A DNA stretch of 56,407 nt, filler included, from Sphacelaria rigidula (GCA_964200075.2; 2 parts of 2 records of this genome joined end to end with filler, not necessarily neighbours in it), one strand, 5' to 3'. Positions 1-14,300 are shown, numbered from the whole stretch's first letter. Notes: a model not told the origin generated them from the sequence alone. Made by a program: numbers and translations.

Positions 1-769
1 TGTTAGTAAATCGAGCTTATATTTTGCGCTTTTCCAAACGAGCTTATATTTCGCCCCAGAGGAAGTATATAACATGGCTGAGATCATGAAGTGCCAACAC
101 GTACGCTAGCTGTACGCTATCCATTGAACTCCATTTATACGAGCTGAGTCACAGCCCAATGACGAACAAGTGAGCGTTGTGGTCCGGAGTTTCGTATGAC
201 GGCACGCAGGGACACAATCAACAGAGATTACCAAATGGTCGGGAACAATGGTTGTAACTTGATTTTTGTGAAGATCGATATTCGGATCTGTAGAGGGGCT
301 GACAGTCTCAAGTGTTCCCAGCTCGTCCAGAAGGTGTTTTTAACCAAGATGAGCACCGCAAAGGCCGATTTGAAGTCTGCCAACGCAAATGTTGCGTAGA
401 ACACCCTCTGCACCCCCCGTGCTCGAGGGTTCTCTTGTGTTTTGGTCGGGGTTACGGTTAGGGTTGGCGGCACCTCGTTCAAATTACCAACTATAGTTTC
501 CGACCATTTGGTGATCAACCCTCAGCATGATACAAAAAAAGTTACGTCAAGACATTGAGAGCTTGTTTTCATGAATCTAGGACAAGAACAAGATTAATTT
601 TCATAATATCCTTGACTCATGGAAAAAATCTTCATGTCTCGACAGAACTTCTTTTCGTATGCCCCTTGCGATTCTCCATCCCCTATTTCAAATCACAACT
701 CTCAACACCCAGCATCTCCATCCCGATTTCCAGGCTGGGTCAGCCTATAAACGGAGCTGTATATCGTGG

Positions 770-1480
770 GCAATTTAGCAGCTCAATTTCAAGAGTTGCG
801 CTTTGAAATTTGGTAGGGAAAATTGCAATGTCATGATGGGAAAGATACGCCAATACAGGCGATATTTTTTTTATGAGCTAAGGACGTTTGCGAAAAATGG
901 TTTCCGTCTCCCCGAAAAATGTCCTTGAGGTCGCTTCCAATGGGGAAGATAATAATAATCCTGAAAAGCTGCCTTCTTGGCCCGTCTGCGTCATTTTACC
1001 CCCCCAATAGACGGCTGGGCGGATGCTGACTCCTTGGAGTGCCCTGCTGTACTCGTTAAGGCGGCTCCAGGACACCTTTGCGTTTCCGATGGCCACACTT
1101 TTTTTTCGGCCTAATGGTCAAGTCCAGAAAAACCCGAAGAAAACTGCAGATTTTCGTGGCCTTGATGGTTTGTACAAGAAGGTACAAATTTGATAGGAAA
1201 AAAAAACTGCGGTCACCGGGAACGCGAACATGTCCTGGAACCCGTCTGTCAGTGCACAGCAAGGCACTCCAAGGTGTCAACATCCGCCTAGCCCTCTCTC
1301 AGGGCGTGAATTGACGCAAAAGGACCAAAATGGCAGTTTTCGAGAATATTTTCATGTTTGCCGTAAGAAGCGGCCTTACTCAAGAGAAAAAAAAACTCGA
1401 TATCTTGGCGTTCTGCTTATTATCATGCCCTTGTTGTTCTCCACACCAATCCTTAAACGACAGCTGTCAAAACTCAGCTG
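770..1480. mobile_element. Degenerate ~700 bp fold-back (MITE-like) element
   Basis: 1010-1052 is the reverse complement of ~1251-1297 (cagc.ggcactccaagg.gtca.catccgcc.agcc.tct). Pairing continues inward (1061-1094 vs 1211-1244) and outward (830-877 vs 1379-1427), centred near 1147 (aaaactgcagatttt). Confidence 0.7.
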
Positions 1481-4178
1481 ATAGACCCAGGTTTCAAGTA
1501 CTATGAGTTACGGGTGAAAAAACAAGATCCTTTTTCACAAAAATGTCCTCAGCCCTTTTGGGACAGGGCTTCCAAAACGACCTTTGAGGCTGGTTTGGAA
1601 TGACGTGTCTGGCGTCTGCACGAAACAGTGGCTGTGTGTCGCTGAAAATCCGCGTATGTAACCGCAGGGTTATGAGGAAGATCGAAAGTTTTATCCAATC
1701 TATTTTCATATGCAGGGTGCGTGTCAGGTAATTGTGGTAAGCCAATCTCTCGGAGGCTTCATGGTCTTGTACTGAACCAGTTTTGAGGTTGAAAGCAAGA
1801 AGCATGTGTGTGGGAATCGGGGTAAAACAGTATTAAACAGTCCTATTTCGATGTACAGGGATTGTGCTATGGTGTTTTTAGGCACTATGAGCCATACTCC
1901 CAAGTTTGGGATACACGTGGGCGGGGGTGTTCGAGGTTGAAGTGTTAAAAGCCAAGAAAACTTGTAGGCGGGCCGGCAGGTTTGGGAATCTGCAGTATGT
2001 TTGACAGAAAATGCAACAAAGCAAGATACTATCTTTTTGAGCTCTTGCATGTTGAGGGCACGTGGGAGCTACAAACCTGTGGGGTACTTCCGAGTAGGAC
2101 GATTCTTTCAAGGGTAGAGTCATAGGTTTGGGTTCAAGTGCGTGTGAAAGGACCAAAGGACCAAAGGCGAGCCGGATGCGATCGAGCATCGACGCAAGCC
2201 CCCCCGAAGTTCACTCCTTCTTCTCCTCAGTACCCACAAACTCTGTTTTGCGGTTTTAGGCCACTTTTCGGTTCGATCTTTGTTAATAGATTGATTTTGT
2301 CTTGACTTGTGGGAACCCTTACTACAGTAGCATAATCAATCTATACAAGCGTCAATACATCGACTTTCGACAACTCTTTTGGACTCTTCCAGGTTTCATC
2401 CACTGTAAATTTCTGCGACGCACAACACTTCAGCCCCACAAAGCGGTGAACCTTCATAGGAGAACTGAGTGCAAGGTCTTCTCCAGTCATAATAATGTAC
2501 ATCTGATGTAGCAAGCAGTATGTGTCGCCGCAGAGAGCTTTCAACAGGATGCGGCGACCGGCGGGCCGCCCGCCACTTGTGGCTCTGGATGATATTATCG
2601 TCCCCATCGCCCTGACGCACAGCCCGTTGCGGGCGGGGTGGGCCACGATTTCCCTTTTTATTGCAAGCGGCAAATTTACTTCGAAGGGTTTGGATGTTGC
2701 GGCGCACATACATACATATATACATACATAAAACAGTACAGTACAGTGTGGCACGCCTCTCCAACTGCAGCAGCAGCTACCGCTGGATACTCCCTTGTAC
2801 GTTCTGGCCAGTTTTCACCCACCGAGATCAACTGCCAATATACCGCTTTTTCATCCCCGCCCACTACATGCATGTTCATAGTGTTCTGCAAGGCATCGGC
2901 AGAATTCATGACGATAGCCCCTTTTGTCTTTCCACGGCCCACCTGGGTTGAGTGCCTGGTGAAAATGATCACATTGTAGCATGAACACTCCTTCCCCGTT
3001 TTTTCCTCTCCACCCTGTGTCAGTGTAATGACTAGGTTATACTATAGGCCGACCCAGAACGCTGTACTGAATGCAAGTTATACGAGAAGCCATTTCCCGA
3101 GCATCCGGGATTTGCATAGCCGGGAAGGCTCATCTGGGCCAGGGATATGGCTCCCATACGATTTTTGCCGCGACATCACACTCGGTAACAGTCCCCGCGC
3201 TGGTCGATAAATTTCGCCTTGCTGTGATTGGGCAGGTCGCTTCCCGACTCATTTTTCATTATTTCACCAACACATTGTCTACCCCGTGTTAGTGGTTGGT
3301 TGGTCCCAAAAGGGTTAATTCATGACGGACAAGAAAAAGAAATCATGTGCCGAACGTGATTTTTTTTATACCGTCTCACAATTTCCAAAGCAACATTCTC
3401 AAAACTGAGACGCGAAATCAAGATCTAGTGTATCTAGTGCCTACCCTCGTGGAATCTCAAGCTGAGTATGGAACATTGAAAACACAATGTCTCTTTTTCG
3501 ATGACGAATTAGGTGAAGGTGAAGGTACCGATCGTTTCATCCCCCCCCGAGAAATATTCACACAAAGTATCAGCGTCACCCGCTGTACATATCTTTCGGA
3601 GTTTCGTACAGGCTTGAGTATCGAAACATCCCCGAACGTCACTAGATTTACTCGACATGACCTTTTCTCGACGAGAAAGCACTTTGCCGGGTTGTTGAGT
3701 AGACGGCCACCTGCCCGTTGAGTAAACGATTGACCAGATATGCTGATCTTGGCCCAAATCGTCTGTGTCTGAGATGACTGTGATGGCATGAGCTTGTTTT
3801 CAGACTTGCCCAGCTCGTAATAGCAACAACAGTCTACGCTAGAGAGAGTGACCGAGTCGCGAATCTGAGGCGAACGGACGAGAGGTCGGGTTTCTTTTGC
3901 GAGAGACAAGGTGTCAAGCTTCACCCTGTAGTACGTACCATGTGGGTTGCGGACCGAGTTGGATGGATGTGGGCCTTGCAACCCGGTTCCAGCCCTCGGA
4001 CTTTTCGACTGCATACAAGAGTCACCTGTCCTGAAACCCATCGTTTTGGGCCACATCCCACATTAGCATGACCCATATCATGGCAAAGGTGTAGGTAGGT
4101 ACTGTGGAACATGGGGGGACCTGGCACTGACGTGACATTACTTGACAAAAGCCGGTACCGGCGCAGTACACGACTCAC

Positions 4179-7100
4179 GTTCTCCACTTCCTCTAGACCA
4201 AGCTTCTCCAGACAACTCATCAAGGTGTCGTATATTCCCTTGTAGTGCGCCACCACGGCTCGTTCCCCGTCTGTCTCCGGGGAGATAGCAGCCGCTGCTC
4301 GCTCAAAGTTGTCTGCCACGCCCAAGATGTCATTGATGGCCTCGGCTTTGCCCTTGTTCCTCCCCTTTATCGCCTCCTCCCCCCCGCGATTCTTGATAAG
4401 GGCGAATTCCTTCTGCAGGCGCTCCACCTGGTGGGAAGAGTGCGAAACACACATAGGATTCGACATATGTTCATCGTTGGAAATAACACGGCCATTTTTT
4501 ACATGGTACCGGGATGACATGTGGATACAGGCTGGGCCACTTGAGAAACGGACTTCCCTTCAGCCGGTTCTAACTGACCATCTATCGCGAGTTGTGCCTA
4601 CTATGGCACACTGTGTTCATCTGCAAATTAACGCGCGTCTTTCACTTCACGTAGCACTGCGATCTGACAAGTTCCCATCAAACGAAATACTGAACTGTAG
4701 TCAGCTGTGAAGTGTAGTGAGTTGAGGGTGGCATGTGCGGCGGAATTAGCAAAAAAAACCCGGCTGAAATCGCATTTACGGTTACAGTCGGTTGTGTCGG
4801 TTGTGCCGCGGCCGCAAAGTGATGATGCTGCACTAGTTGTGGTTGTACAACAATGCATGTCGTACTGTACGTGCGCAGGGTCTGAGATGGCACGCAGACG
4901 AGACCTCCAGCGCCCCAAGGCGTCGGGCTTGTAGAAAACGTCAAACTTCCGGCTGAGGTTGTTGAACTCTAAAAGCAATTGAACCGGTTCTCGATAGACA
5001 AACGCGATTTCACTGCTCCATTTCAAGTCGTTTTCCATGAAATTTCAACACGATATACAGTAGGTAAATGTGGAGCCCCTACCGTTTGCCCCTCTTCCAC
5101 TTTTTTTCCTCGTGAGTTATTGGTAATTTTCGGAACATTTTTCCTGATACAAAAGCGTCTTCAACTCATTGAAAAAAAATGCAAGGGGGGAAAACAGGGA
5201 CTTCACAGCATACCTCATGCACGTCGTGTCGAAATTTCGTGGAAAAGTTCTTGAGATTGAACAGCACAACCGCGTTTCATTTTTTCGTGGCTGGTCTATC
5301 TCCACATAGGAACCGGTCTTCGACCCGACCACGCGATTCAACAGCTCAATTGTGGGTCGTTTTGTATGAAACTTCGACACGATGTATGTGCAAAGACTCC
5401 ACCTTCTGCCCCCTACATCTGTTTCTTTCCGTGAGTTACCGGCGACGAAGCATTTCAGAACACTTTATTTAGGAACAAAATTGTGAATAACTCCCAATGA
5501 GAATAAAAATGAATGTAGGGGGCAGAAGATGGAGTATTCGTACATACGTTCTGTGCATCGTGTAAAACATTCATAGAGAACGACCCAAAATTGAGCTGCT
5601 AAATTGCGTGTTCACATCCCTGTTTGCGTCTTGGGCGGCTCAGCCTGTAGTGGTAATCCAATTCTCGATGAAGAATTCCAGGCAGATAGCGGGGGAGTAA
5701 TAGATGAATGCCTCGAGACTAAGAACTGATTCTGATAAGGGGGGGGTGACGAGGGGGAGGTCAAGCGTATCACCAAAAACTACGGCAAAGGAGCTGCCGC
5801 TGCAAGTCTTGACACGCTTTTCACGAACCAATGTATCGGTGAGCTGTTTGGCGAATCTAGCTTTATAATAAGCACGACAGATTACTCTTGCGTGTGCCGG
5901 GGTAGTTGCTCCCGTCATGCTGTGCCACATTTTGGTCATGTTACCTTTGGACAGACTTTGGCATTTTCAAAAGTATTGGTAAAGTGCATTGTACCGTTAT
6001 CGATGTAGTATGTTAAGTGGTGAAAACCGATCCATCTGTGTAAAAAAAACAGTGGCTTCACGACACACACCATAATGCGACTTCATCAACTACTCGCCAA
6101 CCTGACAGTTTTCACCCATTTCTCATGCTCCGGCATGTTGAGAAAGCCACGACGTACTGTGCTGGGTGACCCTGGGTGGGACATATTTCTACGAAAAGTA
6201 AGGCTCTTAGGTCCAGCTGATCCCGAGCGTCCGATGAAAACGCAACGGGGTACAGTGGCATGTAAAGCTTGTCCGCTGAATGAATCCCAGCCGTTTTCAC
6301 CCAAAACCCACGGTCCTATGTGCGTCAAGGCTTCCGAGCTAACGTTCAGCGCCACTCATCAGCCATCCAGGATCGATCATTTGATTGCAAAGAGCAACAG
6401 GATTACTTTTCCTTAGCTTGGGCTGATCTACGCCGAAGGGTGGGGAGCGGGGAAACTCAGGAAAACATATCACGCGCACCAAGGATTCAATAGAACACTG
6501 CATTGAAACCTAAACCTACATACCTGCGGTCCCCACTCTTCCCACTGCTTCTGCCCCTCCGCTTCTACTTCGGCGACGCTCTGCTGCGTGGTCGCGATTT
6601 GCTTTTTGAGCATCTCCACTTTCTTGTTCAAGAAGGCTTCGGAGTTGAGCACATCGTCTACCGCGTCTTTCTTCACCATGCGGGAGGACGCAAACGGGTT
6701 TTGTCGGACGGCCTTCTTGAAGGATTCTCGTAATGACGAGAACGGCCCGTCACGGGTAGCTTGCTTTTTGACACGTTCATCGCACACAGCAGACGGAAAG
6801 CCGGGGGGAAGAGCAGGTGAGCGCACTATTGTGTCGAATGTACACACCGAGAGCAAGCAGGAAACAGGCGAGTATGCGTTGTTCAATCCATGTGTTCGCC
6901 CGTTACGGTGGTATGCAAATAGGGGCTAACGACAGGCATGGTTCAATACAAGCGGTGTGTGGCATGCATGAGCCCACACGAGCGGTCACACGCACACGCC
7001 GGGCATCTCATAAGCTACCTGACGTACCTAATCGAAGAGGACTCTCAGATCCTTCGTCCAAAAACACAAAATACATGACCGCGGGGTCAGAGAAGCTAAA

Positions 7101-7953
7101 GCGGAACCTCTACGCTAGTACTCCACGTGCTCCTTGCTCAGAGCCGTACTGTAGGGAGAAGATATGGGCACAGGGGCCAAATGAGCAAGCTCATGATCCG
7201 GATCAGTGACCTAAAAACACTAGTATCCAGGTGACTCATGAGCTGTCCGACGTGTGGTCACACATGATCTGCCTGTAGCATCCGCACGCCAACCTACGTT
7301 TGTGTACTGACTAGCGTGACGTCGCGGCTATGGCGGCGCATCCCTCTGGATTTCTAGAAAATGTGTTACTACAGCTGGCTGTACTATTCACGCGTTCTTG
7401 AAATGCTACCTTAGCTGCAAAGCCTGCAACATCTTCACACAGTACAGTGGCTAGACCTGGAGCTTTACTGAGCCCTCATCCCAGCGACTGCATAGTCGCA
7501 ATGATAAATACCCCTGTGCGATACTTTACAGGGCGGCGAACGACCTCAGGTACAGGACGCACCTCTTGCGCTGCGTATATTAGCGTACATGAGGCTGTGC
7601 ATGACACATGAGGACCATCCGACGTGTACCATCTGCACAGTACATCACCATACAGATCACCCCAAAGTTATATATACATTACATACTAGGGTCTATATTC
7701 GACCACTTACCTTTTTGTTACCGCTACGCCCCCCCCCGCTTCCATTTTTCATCATCTCCTGCTCCGACTTCCCCCATCGCCGTGAGCTCCTGTGCGGGAT
7801 GGCGGTGGTACTGGACTCCGGAAATCCGCGCACGAGTCGACCGCCGCGTCTGCTGGTGCTGCCGGGGTGAATATTGATGTTGACATAAGCGCAGACGCCG
7901 TTGGCCACCAGAATAACACTCACCAACACCAGGGAACGCAATGTGCAAGCCAT
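4179..7953 (-). CDS. grpE: GrpE nucleotide-exchange factor (co-chaperone of Hsp70/DnaK), probably plastid-targeted; spliced, 3' exon(s) not found in window
   Basis: Exon 4427-4179 (CAG|GTG acceptor, AAC|GTGAGT donor, 83 codons) reads VERLQKEFALIKNRGGEEAIKGRNKGKAEAINDILGVADNFERAAAAISPETDGERAVVAHYKGIYDTLMSCLEKLGLEEVEN, containing the GrpE 'L.V.DNFERA' motif. The upstream exon ending at 6524 (CAG|GTATGT, phase 0) encodes a coiled-coil DDVLNSEAFLNKKVEMLKKQI...QWEEWGPQ. Likely first exon 7953-7711 (AAG|GTAAGT) starts MACTLRSLVLVSVILVANGVCAY, a signal peptide followed by an S/R-rich transit-like stretch. The junctions between 7711 and ~6830 are not resolved, and the FDP..H.A / LRPA.V.V C-terminal exon was not found. 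Confidence 0.85.
4980..5320. mobile_element. Fold-back MITE-like element in a grpE intron
   Basis: 5000-5055 (cgcgatttcactgctccatttcaagtcgttttccatgaaatttcaacacga) pairs with 5225-5278; 5058-5110 pairs with 5171-5219. Confidence 0.7.
5330..5610. mobile_element. Second fold-back MITE-like element, same family
   Basis: cacgcgattcaacagctcaatt..gggtcgtt...ccttctgccccctacat pairs with atgtagggggcagaagatgg...aacgacccaaaattgagctgctaaattgcgtg. The right terminus shares the exact 20-mer GCAATTTAGCAGCTCAATTT with 770-789. Confidence 0.75.
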
Positions 7954-8340
7954 CGCGCTATGTATCATGCGCAGGGCAAAAGGATATTCACTCTCTAGGT
8001 GGCGATGCCCAACTGAGCAAGCACTGGAGTATGACAAATCATTTTTTTAAAAGCGGCGTAAATTGGCTTCGCATATCCCACGTTAGTCCGGCTGGGGTAG
8101 TGTCTTTTTTCATGATTGTAACGTTTGGCGGTTGCCGGAAACATGAACCGCAAGCACAGTTTGCAGTGTGCTTTAGCCAATGCAGCACGCGCGAGAGGAG
8201 CGTACCATACGAAACCTGTCCCATCACGGCGCTTGCATACGCCCTACCGTCTTTCCCGGCTCGTGTGCGCCAAGCTGATGGGAGTGCGAGCGCCGAGGTT
8301 AAGACAAACCGCTCGTGTCATGAGTGACTAACAGGGTCAC
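7954..8340. promoter_or_regulatory. Probable bidirectional promoter between grpE (-) and the HERC-like gene (+)
   Basis: Only 387 bp separate the two divergent predicted ATGs (7953 on -, 8341 on +). No specific promoter element was identified; the call is positional. Confidence 0.5.
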
Positions 8341-11300
8341 ATGGGAGCATCGGGCTCCAAAGTCGGCCCTCTGCGTCCGGCTGCTTCACAGTATGGGGGT
8401 GAAGAAACATTCAGCTATGTGGATGGCATCGAACCTCCGTGGCCACTGCCTGGAGCCTCTCAGGATGCCATTTGGACGAAGGTTCAATTGTCCACCATAC
8501 TGGAGGCTGGGACAGTTCTGCAGGCCGCAGGCGGTTGGGGTACAGGTGGCGCCGACGTCGTCGACAATTTGCGAAACATCAGCAATCAGGCAGCACGCTC
8601 TTCCAGGCATGGTGCGGGGCTCGAGAACGACGACGACAGCGAAGATTGGCTGGAAGCGGGGCTTTGTTTGTCAAAGGCGTGCCTGCCCCCCGAGGACATG
8701 GCTATGTTGGTGGAGCGAGCGAAGGGACAGTTGCTGCGGAGGTTGTCGCGTTTGTGCGATCAAGACGACGTTTTCTGTGAGGTGGTCATGCAACGCATAC
8801 ATGCGCTGTACTGCGCCCATGCCGCCATGACCCGTCGACTTGTCCTGGAAGCCAAGCGAGTAACATCAGCCGCAGCGGAAGTTGGCCCAGCGAGGACTGA
8901 GAATTCGCAGCAGGGGGCAAAGCCACCTGTGGGACGGCTCGATGATTGTCTCGAACCCACTGGCAACGCTCGCCTCGGACTGCAACTGTTCTTTTCTCTG
9001 CTAGACTTCGTGCAAGACCCAGAGTGCGGACAGGAGCAACTGGCCGACTTTCTCCGGCAAATAGTGCCTGTTTTATCCGGCCTTCCACAGCTTTGTTTGG
9101 CAAATGACTACCGTTGTACTTCAAATAGTGGCCAAACCACAAAAGCAACACAACCAACGCCGGGTGTTGTGCCGGCTCTCCGGACATTTCTTGTCAGGTG
9201 CATCGTGCCACCGACGAGATCGAACGGAATTCGTCGAGCAGGAACCGAAAAACGAGGCGAACACGGTGGCCAAGAAGCGCACGTAGTAGCGGCCGAGCAA
9301 CGAGACAGGGCTTTGTCGGCCTTGGTCAGCCTTGCAGCTGCCCGCGGTAGGGCGAGCGACTTGCTGGTGTTGGTCAAGGTGTTGCTGGATGTGAGTATTC
9401 GAGGAGATGCCCACGTTCGCGACGAAGCGGTCGAGGAACCTGCCGTTTTTTGCGAAGGGGATCAACCGCATAGAGATCATGTACTGCAAGAGTGCAACGC
9501 TAAAAGGTGCGTCGCTTCACGAACTAGGGTGATGATTCAGCTCGGTTTTGCCAAAAAGTGGACGTGGGGGAATTCATCGCCTTTCGTGATGGCTGCTCTT
9601 GGAATATGCCACTGGCCGTGTGCCTTCCTGTTGTCACCACCCTTCTACACATGTTTGTGCTTTTTCTCGCCCGCCACTGCTGTCCGACAGGCGTCCAAAA
9701 TCGCACGCCAAAGCGCGGAAATTTCGTCAAGGGCTTCCCGTCGATGGAGAGGAAGACGAAAATTGCAAGGCCCCTCTTCGGGCAGCATCGAGCGTTATAG
9801 CCATGACTATTAATCCGGCTGACCCAACTATTGGTTGTGCAGAGGTAGTGGCCGATCCATGGCAAACTCCGCCGACAAAGCCATCATGCCTTCCGGGTGC
9901 AAAAGCGGGTGAAAAATCGTCCGAGTCCAACGCAAGCAAGCGTAGAAAGTTTAAAGGGGAACGGACGAAGCCATCACTGGCTCTTGATTCGGAGCCGTGG
10001 CAAACCATGGAGCGTGTAAGCAGCGTCCAAACCACCCTGTCTGAGCAGTGTAATACTGTCGTACAACAGGCCATGGGCAAAGAAATATGGGGTATCGAGG
10101 CACGACACATACTGCCATTTCTCCGAAACCTTCAGGATGCCAAGCCCAACCGGCGTTCGCCATCGAGTAAGGCGAGGAACCCCGTTCATCAAAGACAAGT
10201 GTGGACCTGCGGGCAAAATTCGTATGGCGAGCTTGGTCACAGTGACACAGGAACGCGCAAGTCTCATTGCTTATTGAGGACGCTAGAAGGCATCGAGATC
10301 GTCGATATCGCAGCAGGTCACTTACTCTCGGAAACTGTTTCCACAGTTTTTGAACGCACTGTAGCTACAGTGGACAGAGGGCTATTGTCACCGCTACTCG
10401 TGGGTTCCAAATATGAAAGAAGTAAAGCGATCGCCCCCTCTGTTGTTGTGATACGTTCCGGGCCTGCCGATGAGAAGTATGTGGTTCATGTCTGTTGATC
10501 ATCTGCATCCATCAAGTATTCCCGCCACGAAGTGTATCCCTCTGTTTACCTCCACGTACTACTTGGAGACTGTTTGCAAAAGCTGTACAATCACTTTTTC
10601 GCTCTCACACACAGGAAACGAACACACAGTAGTACTCAGTCGCTCGGGAGAAGTGTTCACCGCGGGTTACAACGACAATGGCCAATGCGGACAAGGCACC
10701 ACCCAGCGGGTTGGCGTACTATCACGTGTACCTGTGCTCGTAGGAAACAGGGCTGTCCAGGTAACCCAGTGTCTCATGCAAACTGGTAGCCCATAAGCCA
10801 CCGAGTCGTGCGCCCCGCCGTCACGTATTGTGTGCGCAAGTCGTCGCACGTATGGTGACCATTCATTTTTCGCACAGAAAACTCTCCGCAGCTTAGAAGC
10901 ACCCTCAAAAGGTTGTCCCGTGGAGGTCTATCCACGCCATCCAGGGTCCAGAACAGTGCACTTTTGGCGACAACCGGGGCGCTGGGTACACGGTTTACCT
11001 GCAGTCGTTCACTACATCAATTTCTCGCCTGTTGCTCACCAATATCGACACAGGTGCATGCGTACAACGGATGCGAGCACACTCTTGTCGTGCTAGAAGA
11101 TGGTAGAGTTGTGTCATTTGGGTACAACTACCGTGGGCAATTGGGGCATGGCAACACCACCAGCGAGCCTGTGCCAAAGCCGCTGCGAGGCCTGGACGGG
11201 ATGAGGGTTACCAATGTCTCGTGCAGCTACTATCACAGCATTGTATCGTGCGACAATGGAGAGGTAAACGCGTTTAGCTGCACGCTTTACTGTACTTATT

Positions 11301-14300
11301 TCTGGACTGTTGACTCTCTCGGAGAGCACGTATCACGTCATCTGTACGACAATCCAGTGTTACACGGACCACGGTAGGTAACCAAACAAGTGAGACTTCA
11401 TAGCGGACAAAACGCGCTTGACGGGGCGTTTTGCTCGATATCCGACGGCATAATTTCCTGCTCACCCCGTAAGCAGGTGTACTCCTTCGGCAGAAATGAT
11501 TTCGGCCAGCTCGGCTCAGGTGACACCATAGATCGGAAACTGCCGTCACCGGTCGAATCTCTGAGAGGGCAGTGTGTTACCAGCCTCGCCTGCGGCCAGT
11601 ATCATACAGTCGTCAGCACGATGGAGATTGGGGTTCAATCGTGTGGAAAAAACGACTACGGTCAACTAGGAGTAGAGTCAAAAATGTCTCAGCCGAATCT
11701 GTCGCCGGTACGGGGGGCTGTGGAAGGGGCTACCGTCAGACACCTTCGGTGTGGATATTATCACACCATCGTGCTGATGGCGGGGGGGCATGTGCTGGGG
11801 TTTGGACGTAATGATTATGGCCAACTTGGACTTGGCCACACCACGCAGAGGATATTCGGGCCGAAGCTCATCGAGGGTGTGGAGGGGAAGGGTGTGTACC
11901 GTGTTTCTGCCGGATGCTACCACACGGTGCTGATTGGCGCTGACGGCATGCTGTACGTTTTTGGCCGTAATCACCACGGGCAACTGGGCACTGGAGACAC
12001 GAGCGAGCGTCACGCCCCTTACCCAGTTGATACTTTTCTGGGTCGACGAGTAGCCAAGGTAATGATCTAGGTGTACACTGCAGTACATATTGTGTAGGTA
12101 TATCAGACGTCCCGCTTGTCTGTTTCTGGTGAAATTGATCGTCCCAAAGATCTGACCTTCGTTGATGAAGGGCGTACTTTTCCATAGTACCCACTCTCGT
12201 GGTTAGGTATGTCTGACACCAAACTGAGCGACCATCAGTATATCACATATCACATGCAAATACATAATCAGATGCTCGCTGGTCCATCACCATGCCACTT
12301 CAGGTAGCCGCTGGTTTTTACCATACAATTGTCCTAACCGGGGGAGACGATGACGTCGGCGCAGAGATGGGCTCCAGCGATACCGTCCACAATCTCTCCC
12401 ACGGCACGGTTCTTGAACGTCCAGCTCTTGCTCTACCTCAAGACAAAGAAGACGACGTAGGGGCAGAACATACGCAATGCTCCAAGGAAAAAAGCCTTGA
12501 CAGCAGGGCGGCCACTCCTGAAATGAGTAGTTCCGTAAACGAACGCGCTGGGACAGCGGTGTGCTCGCGAGGGGCGTCTGAAGCGAAATTGGGAAAAATG
12601 AAAACGGCGTTGAAGAGGAGTATATGCCTTGGAAATGGAAAAGTGGATGGTCGCAAGGCGGCGGTTTTCATCATGGCTCATATGGATCGTCTTGCAGAAA
12701 CGTTTTCCATCCGAGACAGAAGGGAAATTCCGACTATCGGCAGCACCACAGCGAATATGAACAACAGCGGCCCGAACTGCCCAAGTCGCGATAAGGTCGG
12801 CGGAGGAGGGGATGACGAGTCAGATGAAAAGTATCACAGTATCTACTGCGTCGACCTTTGTCCCGAAACGTTTGAGCTGTTATCCTCTATCCTCTCGATT
12901 AGTCAAGAAGATAACAACCTGGATGACTCCGACGACGTCGATGAGATACCGTTGCGGTCGTACATCGTCCTCGCGGCATTGCGTATCCTCAAGGCAAATC
13001 TAGCGCGATTTCTGGAAAGTTCCTTCAGCTCCCGTGTTCTCGCTAGCATGATGGACCATAGCGTGCACGCCGACTTGGATGATGCAAATGAACTCAGGCT
13101 GGACGGCTGGCTCGGACACGACGCAAGCTCAGATACGATGATCTTTGAGGTGCCCGGAAAAGACAGGGTAAACACGAGCGTCGATGATTGCGATGCTGCA
13201 CCCTGCGCCAGAAGCAGCATAAGCGGTAATGTCAGCGGTAATGGCCATGAGCAAGACAGGATCGGAAGTGCTGGTGGGGATTATTTTAATGAAGCGCAGA
13301 GCATCGGGCGTTATGCAGACGTGCTGAGAACACTCCAGCGACGGCTGCTCCTTCTGGTGCATTATGGCCCTTCCCGTAGCGGTAATGCAGGCGTGGTCGA
13401 GCCCGTGCAAAGGGAGGCAGCTACGGTGATCATACTAGGTCTCGAGCTCTTCTTTTGTAGCCAGGTCGAGCAATTCCGCGTACTCTCCACGCTCATGAAC
13501 ACCTCGGAGATGAGCGATGACGATGAACTAGATAGTGATGGCGCTGACTGCGACAGCGTGGGCCGACCAGTCGTTTTGGGGCCTTCAGCTGCCCGGCGTT
13601 ACATCCTTGCACCACTTTTAGGCCGACTGTGCGATGACGACGTGGCATCAAAGCTCATTCCATATGGGTCCGACGAAGAAAAGGGGTGCTCCATATGTAC
13701 TGCAGTCGAGGTTTCGGAACCTAGGTTGCGTGACTACCGCATGCCCGGTGCCTCCCCCAGGTTACTGGACATGCAAGTGAGTTGTTCAGGTTCTACTTTG
13801 CCTCAAGTTCGATTTTAGTCTTTTTTAGTGTTGCATTTTCCCTCCTGCGGTACCACTTGTGCTGTAGGATGCTCGGTCCACGTAATAATTGTTACTGTTG
13901 AGATTTTCCAGCATGTGCACAACTGCTGTAGCAAGGTGACGTCAGATACTTACAGTACTTACAGTACAGTCGGCGTCTTGCACGCCCCCGCGCTTGATAT
14001 AAGCACCACGCAAACTCGTGTCCTCGTTTTGAGCACAGTCCATCTCTTAACCGTGGTCGTGCTTTATGCCCTTCAGGTGAAGTTGCTGGTGAATCACATT
14101 GTACAAAGTGATTCGTGCGGGAAGTCCTGCTGCAAGGCATCCGCAGAGGACTCTCTCCCACAAGTTATTGTCCCTCGACATCAAGAAGGCGGTGATCCTG
14201 CCTCCGTCATGCAACTCAACGGATCCGCCACAGATCGGACAGAAAGCTTCGAGTTGGGAAACGCGGATGAGGTCTCGATGGCAAAGGTGTTCGACGCTTC

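Noticed and set aside
90-518. hAT transposase remnant (ILVKNTFWT..L.LSAPL)
   Set aside because: Only vague resemblance; no diagnostic motif or termini in the window.
2676-2972. Candidate last grpE exon
   Set aside because: Lacks the FDP..H.A and GY...LRPA.V motifs in the frames examined.
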